Below, piece after piece: positions 26,675 to 39,623 of a DNA stretch of 64,000 nucleotides. This DNA comes from Chrysomallon squamiferum. Its lineage: Eukaryota > Animalia > Mollusca. The DNA lies in NCBI GenBank assembly GCA_012295275.1, contig CM022670.1:3844001-3908000 (forward strand). The letters run 5' to 3'. How positions within the stretch are numbered: the stretch's first letter is position 1; every line of letters starts with the position of its first letter. The position numbers and the translations under genes were made by a program. The notes beneath the pieces were generated by a model. That model was not told the origin of the DNA. It searched no databases and saw only the letters and a program-made list of their open reading frames with translations.

Positions 26675-28929
26675 AGAGACAGAGACAGACAGACAGACAA
26701 ACAAACAGACAGAATTAATGCCACTTGAATGCATTTTAAGTAATTTAAGCATCAGACAAGAAAACACACTGTGTTCTTCAATTACCCAGTCACATGATAC
26801 TTGTTGGAAAACAATCACACATTATTTTATTTTTTCATGGTTACTGACAGATGAATCTTTTTACCTATAGGTGAATGAATTAACACACAGACAGGTAGTT
26901 CAAATGACAGATAGATGGACCGACCGTATAAAAGTTTTATAACTTCAGTCTAACAGACTTTAAACAAAAAAATTACACAGTCAAAATCATACGTACATAA
27001 CAACTATTAAAATATTACTACCAAAACTCCGCAATGAAATCTCTCAAAGAATAAAATGGGATTATTGTAAATCAGTCACATGATAAACAACATAATTTTA
27101 TTTCTACATCCACCCATGTTTAAACTTAAACTCAGTTTTAAGAGTACAGTCAGATGATGGGTTTGTTAATTAATTAAATCTGGCTAATCGTCTGACTAAT
27201 ACAGTTTGGCTCAGTATCATGAAATTACATCATTAAAATTGATAAAACATTTCCAGCTTATTCAGCCTGCTTGTCTGCTTGGCAGTGAAACTGGATAATT
27301 GAGGTGTGGGAGTGGAATTCCTTCAGTCACTGGCAGTTACTATTCTACTATTCCTGGAATAATTGGGGGTTTTTAAATGAAAGAAGTGTTGCAGAAATTT
27401 TAAATATGTTTAACTGATTAATTTTCTGATTACAGTTGACTATACATACCTTAATATGTCTACATGTGTGTGTATATGTTATATTATATTGTATTAGATA
27501 GACAGATAGATAGAGACAGACAGACAGACAGACATGATGTATCTATAGAGATATAAATATATATACAGATATAAAATTTCAGGCTGTATGGGATTAAGCA
27601 TTGGTTTTGCTTGTGGTAGTACGAGGATCAAATTCTACTGCTAGCATTTCAGTAATTTTGCTGGAAAAGTGTTTGAACTAATATCCTGAAAACTTGAAGG
27701 CACAGAGATCAAATCCACATAGCCAGTTCATGAATATATGTAAAACTATCTTTCCTCAGACAGTTGTTCACCCTTTGATCATAATAATACTGTACCGATA
27801 CAAGATTATCCATGTTGTCAAAATCAGTAAGTTATTGGTTTTAGGTATGACAGCCTCAGGAATCATATTCTGTAGCAAGAAAGTTATTGCACATTACACA
27901 TTACACATGCATTATTATTAGTAGTATTGTAGGGAGGTGCATATATGCATGTCTGATAAAATCAGCTATATATGATGATCCAAAACAACATGCATATATA
28001 TGTATGTATTTGTATACTTGGATGGATCACTGGATGGATCAGTGGATGGATAAATGGATAGATAAATGGATAGATGGATACAAGCATGATAATTTGTAAA
28101 AACTATGCATCATAACTGTATGTATGTGTGTATGTGTATATACATATACATACATATATGTATGCATGTATGTTGTTTATATGATGTATGTATGTATGTA
28201 TGTATATGTGTTGGTGTGTTTGCATGTGTGTGTAGATGTATATTTGCATGTATGTTTGTATGTATATTTGTACAGATATTTTTATGCATCTGTATCTATG
28301 TATGTATATATTTGTGTTTATTTGAATGTACAAGTGTATGTATGTTACCTGTTTCTTGCCAGAAAATATTAAAAAGTATTTAATTCCATTTTCAAAATGG
28401 AAACCTTAAAATGTATAAGAAAAATGCATTTCAGTGTTTAAATCAGGAAATAAATACCAGTCTGTGTCACTGAAATCAAACCTCATATTAATATCAACCA
28501 CAGAGCATAGTAAACTATGGTCTAAGACCCTTCTTCCATAATAAGGGTGTAAACCATGTCACCTTAACGACAAGCTCACTACCTGCAGACGACATTTTAA
28601 ATATTTATTTTTTATTTTTTACAAAAATTGTTTTGTCACAACATCGTAATATTCTTATGATAAATACAGTAACTTAAAATAGTATAACATTTATTTTAAG
28701 AAAAATATACACGTCAGAAAAATATAATTATTTTATGATATACGATTATTTATTTATAGAAAATAGGACCGACATGTATCTTGACATTGACTCGACTGAG
28801 CCCTGCCAAACGACAAACGCTTCGGCTAATAACAGATGTAGAAAAAGAAGATAGCACTTTGTTAAATGCATGTAATTATGTCGTTATTAAACTGCTGGAA
28901 TATACAATCATTAAAATATAATGCCTTAC

Positions 28930-29060
28930 TTTTAATTTGATCCACGTTGATCGGTTTCACAGCACATGCGAGACCCCCAACATGCCAAACAATACGTCAC
29001 GGCATTCCGCTATCACGTGACCTACAGCCCGCCCGCGCGCCAAGTTCGTGCACCGTAAAT
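28930..29060 (-). promoter_or_regulatory. CpG-rich promoter and short non-coding first exon facing left (candidate distal GLIS2 promoter)
   Basis: Contains GC box GCCCGCCC (29027-29034), E-box TCACGTGAC (29013-29021), CRE-like TACGTCA (28993-28999) and a minus-strand donor AAA|gtaagg at 28930/28929. CpG becomes scarce just to the left. Confidence 0.55.
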
Positions 29061-29176
29061 ACATCAAAAAGTACATGATTTAAGGTGCTTCGTAAGTCGT
29101 GCATGCTGACCAAATTTTATTAGCATTCTTCCTACAGCCATATGCTATCTCAATAAATAACAACAACAAACAAATA

Positions 29177-29209
<33 letters not shown>

Positions 29210-29616
29210 TAATAATAAAATAAATATATAAATAAATAAACAAATGTAATAACAATAATAACAACAGTTATTATTAAATTAAATAGATTAAAATTAGATA
29301 ATTTTAAAATTAATTTTCATGCTTTACCATCGTAAAAAATAATTATATATAATTATACTACAATGTTGAAAACATTAAAAATATAAATATATATAATGAA
29401 AGAAATTAAAACATGCAAAACAAATAACAAATATAAATTCTTATTTTTTCTCCTAGTGTAGTACATAATATAATTATAATGCTGACGTCTGCTTACATCC
29501 ATCTTTCTATTTGTGTGACGTAATCAAATAATTTGCATAGCTTGTTTTCATTTTTATGTCTCTATATGTGTTATTTACTTATATTACCTACTTCCGAAAA
29601 TAACTGAATAAATATT

Positions 29617-29647
<31 letters not shown>

Positions 29648-30445
29648 GGAACATTTAAATAAAATAATAAACAAAACAAAACAAAACAAAAATAAAAGAA
29701 TAGTGTTTATCACAGTCATTTTAAAAAATTTACCATCTTTATAGGTCCTTTCATAATATTCATGGATATAATAACTGTTTAGAGTTTCTGTTTGTATGAA
29801 ATTTCATTCATGGAAATTTAACGACAGACAAATAAAATAAAACATCAATATTGTATTGCTTTATTCTTATTATTTTAATTATATTTATAATAACAACACG
29901 TGTACTTAAGCTGAACCTCGGTGTTCAAGTTTGAATCGTTTGAAATAAAAAGATTTCTAACAGTGTGCACAGGAGTACTCGAATATGCAGAGGATTCAAC
30001 AACAACAACAAGTACTAGTTGAATATTCTATGATAACTTTAAATCTGTTTGGCAGTAATGGTGTTATTGATGTTGTTAATGTTCGCATGTACTTTCCGTA
30101 TGTCTAAGTGCTGTTGTCTGTTTATGCATGTTTGTGATTGTGAAGTATCATTTCTGTCGATAGTTGACAGACAAAAATATTTAATTAAATGCCGTATGTT
30201 TCATCTTCTTTTTTTTTTTTTTTTTTTACACTTTTTACTTTTTCTCTTTTTTCTTCTTTCTTTTTCACGAAATGCAAACAAAGAATAATAATAATAATAA
30301 TAATAAAAAAGCAGCTATTGCTTTTACTAAAAATTGTCTAAAATCGAAATTATCACTATTGAAAATTACAGTCATCTATAATTTTGACAGCCCTTATATG
30401 AATTCTTGGACCCGTTGTTGTTGTTTTTAAAAATGATAACAAAAC

Positions 30446-31116
30446 ATTTGTACTAAACATTAGACAAATATATTTATTTCAAATGTTAATTTCAGTTATT
30501 AATTTATTTATTGTTATTGTTGTTGTTGTTGTTATTATTATTATTACTGGAGTAGTCTAGTAAATCCATGTTGCTGTTTCAATATTTTATTTTTATTTTC
30601 CTTCTTCCATAGCTATTACTACTACCACCGCAAGTACTACTACTATTTATGTTACTGCTGCTGCTGCTGCTGCTGCTGCTACTACTACTACTACTACTAC
30701 TACCACTACTACTACTACTACTACCACTACTACTACTACTACTACCACTACTACTACTATTATTATTTGTACTAAACATTAGACAAATACATTTATCTCA
30801 AATGTTAATTTCAGTTATTTATTTATTTATTTATTTATTGTTGTTGTTGTTGTTGTTGTTGTTATTATTATTATTGGAGTAGTCTATTAAATTCAATACT
30901 TTATTTGTATTTTTCTTTTTCCACAGCTATTACTACTACCACCAAAAGTACTACTACCGCTGCTATTGCTGCTGCTACTACTACTACTACTACTACTACT
31001 ACTAAGATTATTATTATTATTATTATTACTGGAGTAGTCTAGTAAATCCATATTGCTGTTTCAATACTTTATTTGTATTTTCCTTCTTCCATAGCTATTA
31101 CTACTACCACCACAAG

Positions 31117-31155
<39 letters not shown>
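30446..31155. repeat. Local tandem duplication, unit about 320 bp (2 full copies plus 1 partial), with internal (CTA)n/(TTG)n tracts
   Basis: atttgtactaaacattagacaaata occurs at 30446 and 30765; ggagtagtcta...agctattactactaccacc occurs three times. Confidence 0.85.
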
Positions 31156-31201
<46 letters not shown>

Positions 31202-31248
31202 TCCTACTATTACATCTTCAACTAGTACTGTTACTGTTATTACTATTG

Positions 31249-31590
31249 CAGGTACCGGATCAATTATCCGGACTCATTGGGGCCTGAGGCATTCCGGATT
31301 TCTGGTACCAAGGCATCCCGGATTTCTGGTACCAAGGCATCTAAATACGTAAATAATTAGGCATAAACATTTTAAAATTAAAAACAAAGAAAACTGACGA
31401 TACACAACTTGGCGACTCGACACGTAAACAGTGCGGCGAGTGAATGAACACCACGCGGCTTGAACGAGTAGTTCCGGTCTGGTGAGGACAACACCCGCTC
31501 GCGCGAACTATGAAAATAGCGTCGGGAAAAAACTAACGGTTTCCTGGTCTTTCCGGATTTCAGGACGCCGGATAATTGGTCCGGTACTTG
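31249..31590. mobile_element. MITE / non-autonomous DNA transposon, 342 bp, probably Tc1-mariner/pogo(Tigger)-type
   Basis: 23-bp TIRs CAGGTACCGGATCAATTATCCGG / CCGGATAATTGGTCCGGTACTTG (2 mismatches). TA on the right flank, TG on the left; sub-terminal CCGGATTT repeats; no ORF. Confidence 0.8.
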
Positions 31591-32779
31591 TACTACCATT
31601 GTTGTTGTTGCTGCTACTACTACTACTACTCTTTATGCTACTAGTAGTACTACTATCAGTACTACTACTACTACTACTACAACTACAAGTAGCATAACAA
31701 CCACAATTACTATTAGTTCTACTCTGCTCCTTCTGATATTATTCTGCTATAACTACTAGTACCATTATCTTTATCACTGTACCGTTATTACTGCCCCTAG
31801 TAATATTACTAGCTACTACTACCACTATTAGTATTACTGTTTTTACTATTAATGTTACTGTTGTTGTTTTTGTTATTGTCGACATCGTTGTTCTTTTATG
31901 TCGCTGCTGATATTGCTGTTGTTATTGTTTGTTACGGATATATTGTACGTATATGCTGATCAAAAGTATACTTAGATAAACATTCCCAAGATAATGAAAT
32001 AGGTAAAGTAAAAAGATTTTGGAACATTTGATTCTATAGAAAAGTGAAGATGTGGTTGGGTGTGTGTGTGGGTGTGTGTTAATATATGTGTGTGTGTCAG
32101 AGAGAGATTACGTAATAAATATAATATTATTTATCAGTTAATGATTTGTAACGTTACAAAACGATTTTTCAAACGTTATTAGCTGACATGAACATTTGTA
32201 ACAAAAATGTTAAATTTATACATTTTTTTATTATTTTTATTTTTTATTTTTGTATATATATTATTTTATTATTATTTGACAGAAATAGAATAATTTTTAT
32301 TTATAAAATACAGTTAAAACAGATTATAATAAAAGAAAAGATTTATACTATAATGAGACCTAAATGATTTGCCTTTATTAGAAATAATCAAATGATGGGA
32401 AACAGAATGTATTTGGTCAATGAAATAGTGTGTAGTTTTGTTGTGGTTGTTCGGGATGCAATCTATTGGTTTTATTTATCCACTCAGAATTTAGAATTTA
32501 GTCAGCTGACTATCATCTAATTTTAGATTCGACGTATATGGCAATGTCACAGGCTGTCTGCATTCCAGACATATTCAACCACTATTGAGAGTAATAATAC
32601 AATCAGGAACATTTGATTATTTTATGAAACATTTATAAATAAAATTGACATTTTATTCCTGAAAACAATTGTGGTATATGTAATACATTAGGATTTGCTT
32701 ACTGATTTTAGTAAACACTGCTTTTTAACGGAATAAATAAGTTATTTATATCAAGCTACTTTGCAATTCTCCCTAGTAA

Positions 32780-33178
32780 GGTTTTGGCAACCAGCCAGGT
32801 ACGGCTGGTTTGTTTATTTTTACTTTCCCGCGCCTTGCCAACGGAACGATCCACTCCTCGCACTGGCTATTACTACGCATAAGAAAATAGATTTTCATGT
32901 TTTATGTATTTATTAAATACTTAGTTTAAAATATAAAGTCGCAAATATATAAATGGAAAGGATGTAACATAGAGATAGCAATTTACTACAAATAATATTC
33001 ATTTTAATAAACCATTGTCCCACTGGACTAGTTCTCTCGGCGTGAATTGGTCAAAGCCAGCTGTTTCCCGCCAATTATTACTCATTCTTGTGGCGTATCG
33101 CCGGGTTTGGCAATTCTATACATAATATAACACATTTTTTGCCGAAATTGTACGAAAGTTACTTCATTTAATTGCAAA
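32780..33178 (+). promoter_or_regulatory. TFAP4 proximal promoter/5' UTR with E2F-type sites, AP-4 E-box and CCAAT motifs
   Basis: TTTCCCGC at 32824-32831 and 33064-33071, CAGCTG at 33058-33063, ATTGG/CCAAT flanking; CpG-rich. Confidence 0.6.
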
Positions 33179-33267
33179 ATGTCTCTTTTTGCAAGGAATT
33201 CTGATCGAAGAAGGATTATAGGTGAATTTCAATTCAGGGAAGATGAAGTTGTCGCTGCTATAGCAAA
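33179..33267 (+). CDS. TFAP4: TFAP4 coding exon 1
   Basis: gcaaaATG start; reads MSLFARNSDRRRIIGEFQFREDEVVAAIA(K); donor AA|gtaagt, phase 2 matches exon 2. Confidence 0.8.
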
Positions 33268-34951
33268 GTAAGTTGTAGACGGTACATTACACATGGTTTA
33301 CGTTATAAACATTGGCGTACGCACACATGTCGAACGCTTGTTTTGAATTTTACTTGAAAGATTTTGAAGTAGAAACAAAAGTATTTAAGATATTTGTTTC
33401 AGCTTTCGGTACTATATCTTGTTAGTATATTTATCTAGATGTAGTGTTTATATTTTTGTTACAAAACCGTGTTTTTGTGCTACTTACTTTCCAGATCGGA
33501 AACCACATGGTCGCCATTACACAAAGACTCCATTCATCATCTGTCGCCTGTTTTGGCGTTTTTAAAATAGTTACTTTGCCACCCACAATTCCTTTTTTAT
33601 TATTTATTTCAGCTTGGAAATATAATTTTGGCGTTGTTTTAAAATAAGAAATTAAGAAATATATTGTTTTGTTGTTCGTGATACGATGGTTTATTTGTGA
33701 TTTACTGACTAACCAAGAAAGCGACAAAATATTCGTTTAACTTCTGTTTCAACCATTTACTTATCTATCAACATATATTTTAAGACACTGTTCGTAGATT
33801 TAAATAAATTACGAGTGTATAAACAAAATGGCACATGTTTATGGCGTGTTTACATCAGTGACGTATGCATGCCCTTGTCCATATGATCAGCTGATTCCTG
33901 TGTTGCACTTTTAAGGTTAACCCGCTTGCCTTCTACATAGCTTATTTTCGAGCGTTCTGTTTGTCAGAAGATACACATAGACATAAAAGAACATTTGTCG
34001 ATAATTTTATTTGCTATTAAATTTGTTAAATTTCTTACACAGAAAGGTTAATTTCGATTTTTGTTATTTTTATTTCGTGGATGTAGTCTGAATTGGTAAT
34101 TGTATGACTATCGGGTGATAAGTTCAGTCATAAGGAAAGCTTGGCACAGAGCCAAGATGCAAACCAGAATGTAGTAGTAAAGCTTATCGGCGAATTTATG
34201 ATCATATTGCTGTTTTCGAAATGTCATGCAGTTTTCCTTCAAATTTTGTAATTGCTTTTTTGTTTGTTATTATTTTCATTTTCTTCCGTATGTTTACAAT
34301 TTAAATTTATTTTTATTTATTTGTAAAAATGTTACACACTTTTCCTATTGACAAAAAAAAAAAAGAAAAATGTATTGGCAATTTGCCAAAATACCGAACC
34401 TTTTTTTTTTTTTTTTTTTTTTCGATGACCATGTCAAAGAAATATTTAACAGTGTAACAAATAATGTAATATTTTAATGGTGATTACAGTGTACTGGCTA
34501 TTTAAAATTAAAATCAGATATTTTTGAAAAATGCTTATTTTTAATATTAGGATAGTGCCAAATTTAATTATTGTTTCATGTATTATACCAATTTTAAAAG
34601 AAATAAAGTGAAATAAACTTTTTAAATTTAAAATTATCCCTTTAAAAAAAAAAAAAAAAAAAATTATCTTAATATTATTAAAGTATTGTAAATTAAATTA
34701 CTTATCTACAAATAATTTCTTTCGTAGCATTGTTTTTATAAATTCTGATTTAAATTAAGATTTTTCCATAAAACAAAAAAAATTAATAAATCTTTCATTA
34801 TATATAATTTTTCTTTTTTAATTTTAATTAAAAAAAACACACAAAAATTTACAAGCAAGAAAAAGGAATTCCATATTTTTAAAAAATGTATACATATTAT
34901 TTATTAATTTATACACATGTAAATATGTTTTGTAAAACATTATTGTTTCAG

Positions 34952-35111
34952 GCAGCGAGGTTGCTCACCCAAACTGTCTCTCGATGGTGATAAAAAGGTG
35001 AGGCGAGAAATTGCCAATAGTAATGAACGACGACGTATGCAGAGTATCAATGCTGGTTTCCAATCTTTACGCAATCTAATTCCTCATCACGAGGGTGAAA
35101 AACTTAGCAAG
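34952..35111 (+). CDS. TFAP4: TFAP4 exon 2 (basic region, helix 1, loop)
   Basis: Acceptor ttgtttcag|G. Reads QRGCSPKLSLDGDKKVRREIANSNERRRMQSINAGFQSLRNLIPHHEGEKLSK; donor AAG|gtaagc. Absent from the ORF track. Confidence 0.95.
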
Positions 35112-36106
35112 GTAAGCCAAGATTTACCTACACACACTTGTATTTTTGGCAGTCACAATAGCTAAATGTCTGGATTGCAGATATTACACGAATGGGCCTT
35201 TAAACGATAAAAAAAAGAAAGATTATATTTAGAAATTAGTTATGTCAAGAAATATATTTTGTGATGTATCAATTTTTTGTGCTTTTATTGTGTTATTCTT
35301 AAAATATTATTTTTTTGTTGTTGTGACTGTTTCATTTTTATTTTTTCTGTCTAGAATTATTTCCTATCTGTTGATGCTACATATTTTTTTTCACATTTTT
35401 TTTTTATTATACTTTTTTTTCCCCCCACATGTTGTCTCACAATTTGTTAAATGGAAAAATATATGGTTCAAATGAAAGAGATATCCGTTACCTTTTTTAT
35501 TTTGTTTTTATTTTATTATTTTTTGTAAAAATAGAAAAATAATAAAGCATATCATAAAGATCCCATAATTCAAAAATAATAGCAAAAACAGCAGTAAAGA
35601 AATTTAAAAAAAAAAAAAAAAAAATCCTCAATGACATATTACCCCCCCCCTGCCCGACCAAACAAAAAGCCACCAACATTCTCTCATTTATGTATGGAAG
35701 AAGCAGAGAGCCGCAAACCCACCGACTGCTATATACTTCCAAGCAGACCTTGCAAATTATCCTTGTTCATTCGCTGGCATCGGCCCCTCCAGCCATGTAT
35801 GGCATCCATTATACCGCAGAGACAGAGGGCAGCTGGTGCAGACTGCGCCGTGTAGCAGATTGTGTTTCCCTCCCTCACACACAGGGAAGTCTACAGTCAA
35901 TGTAGGTCACCCGACTCGGAGTTCCCTCCCCTTTCTTGTGCTAATATACCAGCCCTGTCACTTGCTTTTAACCCAAATCATGTTCACTGTACAAAATGTG
36001 TGTACACTTGTGTTATCAGACTGTTCAGTTTTTATCTTGTTTGTTGAGCTGGGTTTTTTTTTGTTTGTTTGTGTTTTATTATAGTTTATTTTCTTTTAAT
36101 GTTTTA

Positions 36107-36137
<31 letters not shown>

Positions 36138-37044
36138 GTATACATTTTTTATATATATATATATATATAGTGTTATTTTCTTATTTTGTGGGGTTTTGTT
36201 TTTGTGTTTTGTTTTTGTTGTTGTTTTATACATCTGTTCAGTAAATGCTATAATTATCTTTTCTGTTTTATATTAGCAAAATAAAATATGTTCTGTGATC
36301 TGTTTATATATGCAACCTTAAATTTATATAATTAATTTACTCAATTTTTTTTTTTTTTTTCTCTCCCAGTTTTACACTAGTAAACATTTAAATACATTTT
36401 GAAACACAAATTTATTTCACACTAATTTATTTGTGCTCATGACAATACAGTTTCTACATGCTTTACAACTCACTAAGAGTTTCTAGTATCATAAAAATGC
36501 GTAAGTAAAGTTATTTTTGTTTTCCATGAATACAAACTTACTCTATGAATTATTAATAAGTGTAACAGATATCTACAGCAATATAATCCTTGAACAAGAT
36601 CGTGTACACTTAATAAAATTAATAGCTTATTCCTATCATTATTTCTGAAAGTACAATTGTGTAATGCAGTATATATAATTAGAAGTATACTTTATATTAA
36701 TTAGTGCATGACAAAATGAGGCTATTAAACAAACTTCTGATGTTAGGATGTGTTTGTGAACAGGTTAATGGATTTCTCTATTAATGTTGCACTGAAAATA
36801 AACTATATAACTATGATACAGCTGTATATATTATTTATCCGTGTAACATACTGGATATAGGTATTCAAACCAAGATGAGGTACAATTATAGCTTTCAGGT
36901 TTACTGTTACATGTTAATTTGAAATGAATATGTGTGTTGACACTTCCAGTTTTTGAATCTTTATGGGGTTTAATTTTTATCTTCAATGGACTTTCACTGA
37001 TGTAAAATACTGCCTAATTATTTTTTACTTGATTTTTTAAAATT

Positions 37045-37100
<56 letters not shown>

Positions 37101-39103
37101 TTATTTTTATTCTTTTATATCTGAATTTAAGGTTTATTGAATCATTTTAACTGAATGGATAATGAATTTTTAAAGAGGATAAAAGAATAGAAAATACATT
37201 TTTTGCAGAGGATGTATGGATATGTGCATGTGTGTGTAATTACTACAGCTACTGCTGCATCTTTTCCTCTAAGTAAAACTCAAGTGTATATTAGTCCAGA
37301 CTGAACCCTGAAACTAAATACCTGTCTGAATTTACACTGCTCAGGTAAACTTGAAATATTTACCACACCTGTACACAAATATGGAGTAGTAGTGTTACAC
37401 AATACCTTGGACATGTTGATCACATGACCAGAAGGGGGGGGGTAATGTTTCTTATGTCACATGACCACACTGCTTCAGGTGGTTCAGTTGGGTTGGGCTA
37501 TTTTTAGTAACAGATTCACCTTTACACTGCAGAGAAATGTCAGGTGATGCCAGTAATCAATGTTGTGTTTCTGGCAAGAACTGATTATTGATAAACTGAG
37601 TGCATTGTAACAGCCATTTACCTGGCTTGACACTGGGGCATAGGTTATTGACTTCTTGCATTGTGCATATCTGTAGGTACATACTTGGGCTATATAGGTT
37701 GTTGGCTTGTTATGCACAAACATTCTTTTCAAGAAAGACAAAAACTGATTGAGCAACAAAAACAACAGAGATGATTTAGTTACACTGCTTGAGACCATAT
37801 ATTTTAAACTACTGACTTTTGGGAAACAGAGTGTCCCTGATGCACATTTTTTAAATATTGATATGTGTGGGAAAGAAAGAAACATTGTTACTGGTATTTT
37901 GGGTTCCGTGACTAAGTATCAGAAATAGATACGCAAGTTTGAAGGGGAGAAAAAGATATGACTGTTTTTTTATTTGTTTAAAAATTATGCATTTGGTTCA
38001 CTGTACTTGTATAATTTTAAAATTTCATCACTTATTTAAAAATACCTCTTTCCAATACATTGTTTATTTTTTTTTTTTTTTTAAGGGTAAACTTGTATGT
38101 TTATTTATTTATTTGTTTTACTTATTTTATTTTTTTTAATCCTTTACTTGTGTAAAAAAGAATAATAAATGAATCACAGTTCCTGAACTGTTTTTTTTTG
38201 TAGGACAAATTCTCCCATACTTAAACATATTTTTCTTCCTTCTTTAATAAACCGGTTTGGTTGGTTCAAAAAAACTACACACACACACCAGCCATTCATT
38301 GCTAAATTCTCAGCATGCCGACCAGCCATTGGTATGGTAATAAAGAATATGTGTGGGAAGCTCACCCATACAGCCAGCTTGTGACCATTCATGCACAGGC
38401 ATGAAACAGCAGGACCCCTTGACAGTTGTGTACCCAGTTCAGCTTTGTCTCACTGCAAACCCAGACATCTTTCTTACTTGTACATACACACACACACACA
38501 CACATTGCCACTGCGTACCAGATACCCAGTTTAGCTCTGTCAGCAGTCTAATCCTAGACCTCTTCATAGCTTCACTGTATGTATATATATATATATATAT
38601 ATATACACATACACATTGCCACTGTTGGTATTTAGGTCAAATGCATTGTCAGCCTTATTCAGTTTTGTTGCGCTACACGTTTGTGTGTGGGCATGTATTT
38701 TACATAAATTAATATATCTCTCTCGTTCTGAATAGCAGGGGGTCTTTTAAAAAAAAAACCAGAAGCAAGACTGGCAGTTCATATATTTTTAAGTATTTTA
38801 TTTATGCTTTGAAAACAAAAAAGAAAAAAAAATGCATCCATAAATTTTTTGCTTTACCTATATGTAGTTTATGAATGCTTTTTTTTTTTTTTTTTTTTTT
38901 CTTCTTTTTTCTTTTTTCCTCTGTAAAGCTGTACTTCATTTCATTTTGACATCATAATTATATTTAATAATATAGACAATTTACAAACTAACCCCTCCTA
39001 AAAAAAACACCACAACAGTTCTGTATATATAAGAGAAACGCATGTTGCATTCTCCTCACTGATCTGTGTGTCACATTGCTAATGGTCTGTAATTGCTCCA
39101 CAG

Positions 39104-39511
39104 GCGGCCATTCTCCAGCAGACATCAGAACATGTCCACAACCTGGAACAAGAGAAGACCAAACTGCTTGCCCAGAACGCACACCTGAAGAACATGCTGA
39201 TGGAGATGGAGCGCGTGCGAGAAGAAACCTTCAGTGGCTCGCCACCTCCAAAGAGGAAGAAACGAGACACGGAGTCGTCGGACGAAGGCATCAGCCTCGG
39301 CAGCTCAATCGACAGCAACGACGAGGCTGCTGAAGAGTTGCAGCGTGAGATGATCGAGCTTCGGCGACAGCTTGATCAGGAACGTTGGCTGAGGATGATG
39401 CTGGAGGAGCGAGCACGGGTGTTGGAGACGCAGCTGTACCCCGAACACCTGCGTCACTTCGCTGCCCACGTGCAGGCGCAGATGAACAAGAAGGAGGATT
39501 CCGTTGTTGTG
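39104..39511 (+). CDS. TFAP4: TFAP4 exon 3 (helix 2, zipper 1, NLS, zipper 2)
   Basis: Acceptor ctccacag|GCG. Reads AAILQQTSEHVHNLEQEKTKLLAQN...PPPKRKKRDTESSDEGIS...LQREMIELRRQLDQERWLRMMLEE...LYPE; donor GTG|gtgagc. Confidence 0.95.
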
Positions 39512-39623
39512 GTGAGCATTTCAAAATATTTTATTTTATTTTGTGAAATCTTCTTATGTTGTTAATTATGTTGTTGTTTAAGATTTATAAAATTTTTATT
39601 ATTATTATTATTATTATTTACAG

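Noticed and set aside
27580-27740. Possible tRNA-like/SINE head (gaggatcaaattc, gagatcaaatcc)
   Set aside because: Too degenerate; no cloverleaf or clear A/B boxes could be drawn.
30446-31341. Repeat-spacer-like pattern suggesting a CRISPR-type array
   Set aside because: Units are long imperfect duplications with microsatellite interiors, not constant short repeats with unique spacers; eukaryotic context with no cas genes.
31378-31599. 73-aa ORF inside the MITE
   Set aside because: No transposase motifs; too short.
39076-39524. Alternative-frame and antisense ORFs over TFAP4 exon 3
   Set aside because: By-products of a GC-rich coding exon; the AP-4 frame explains the region.
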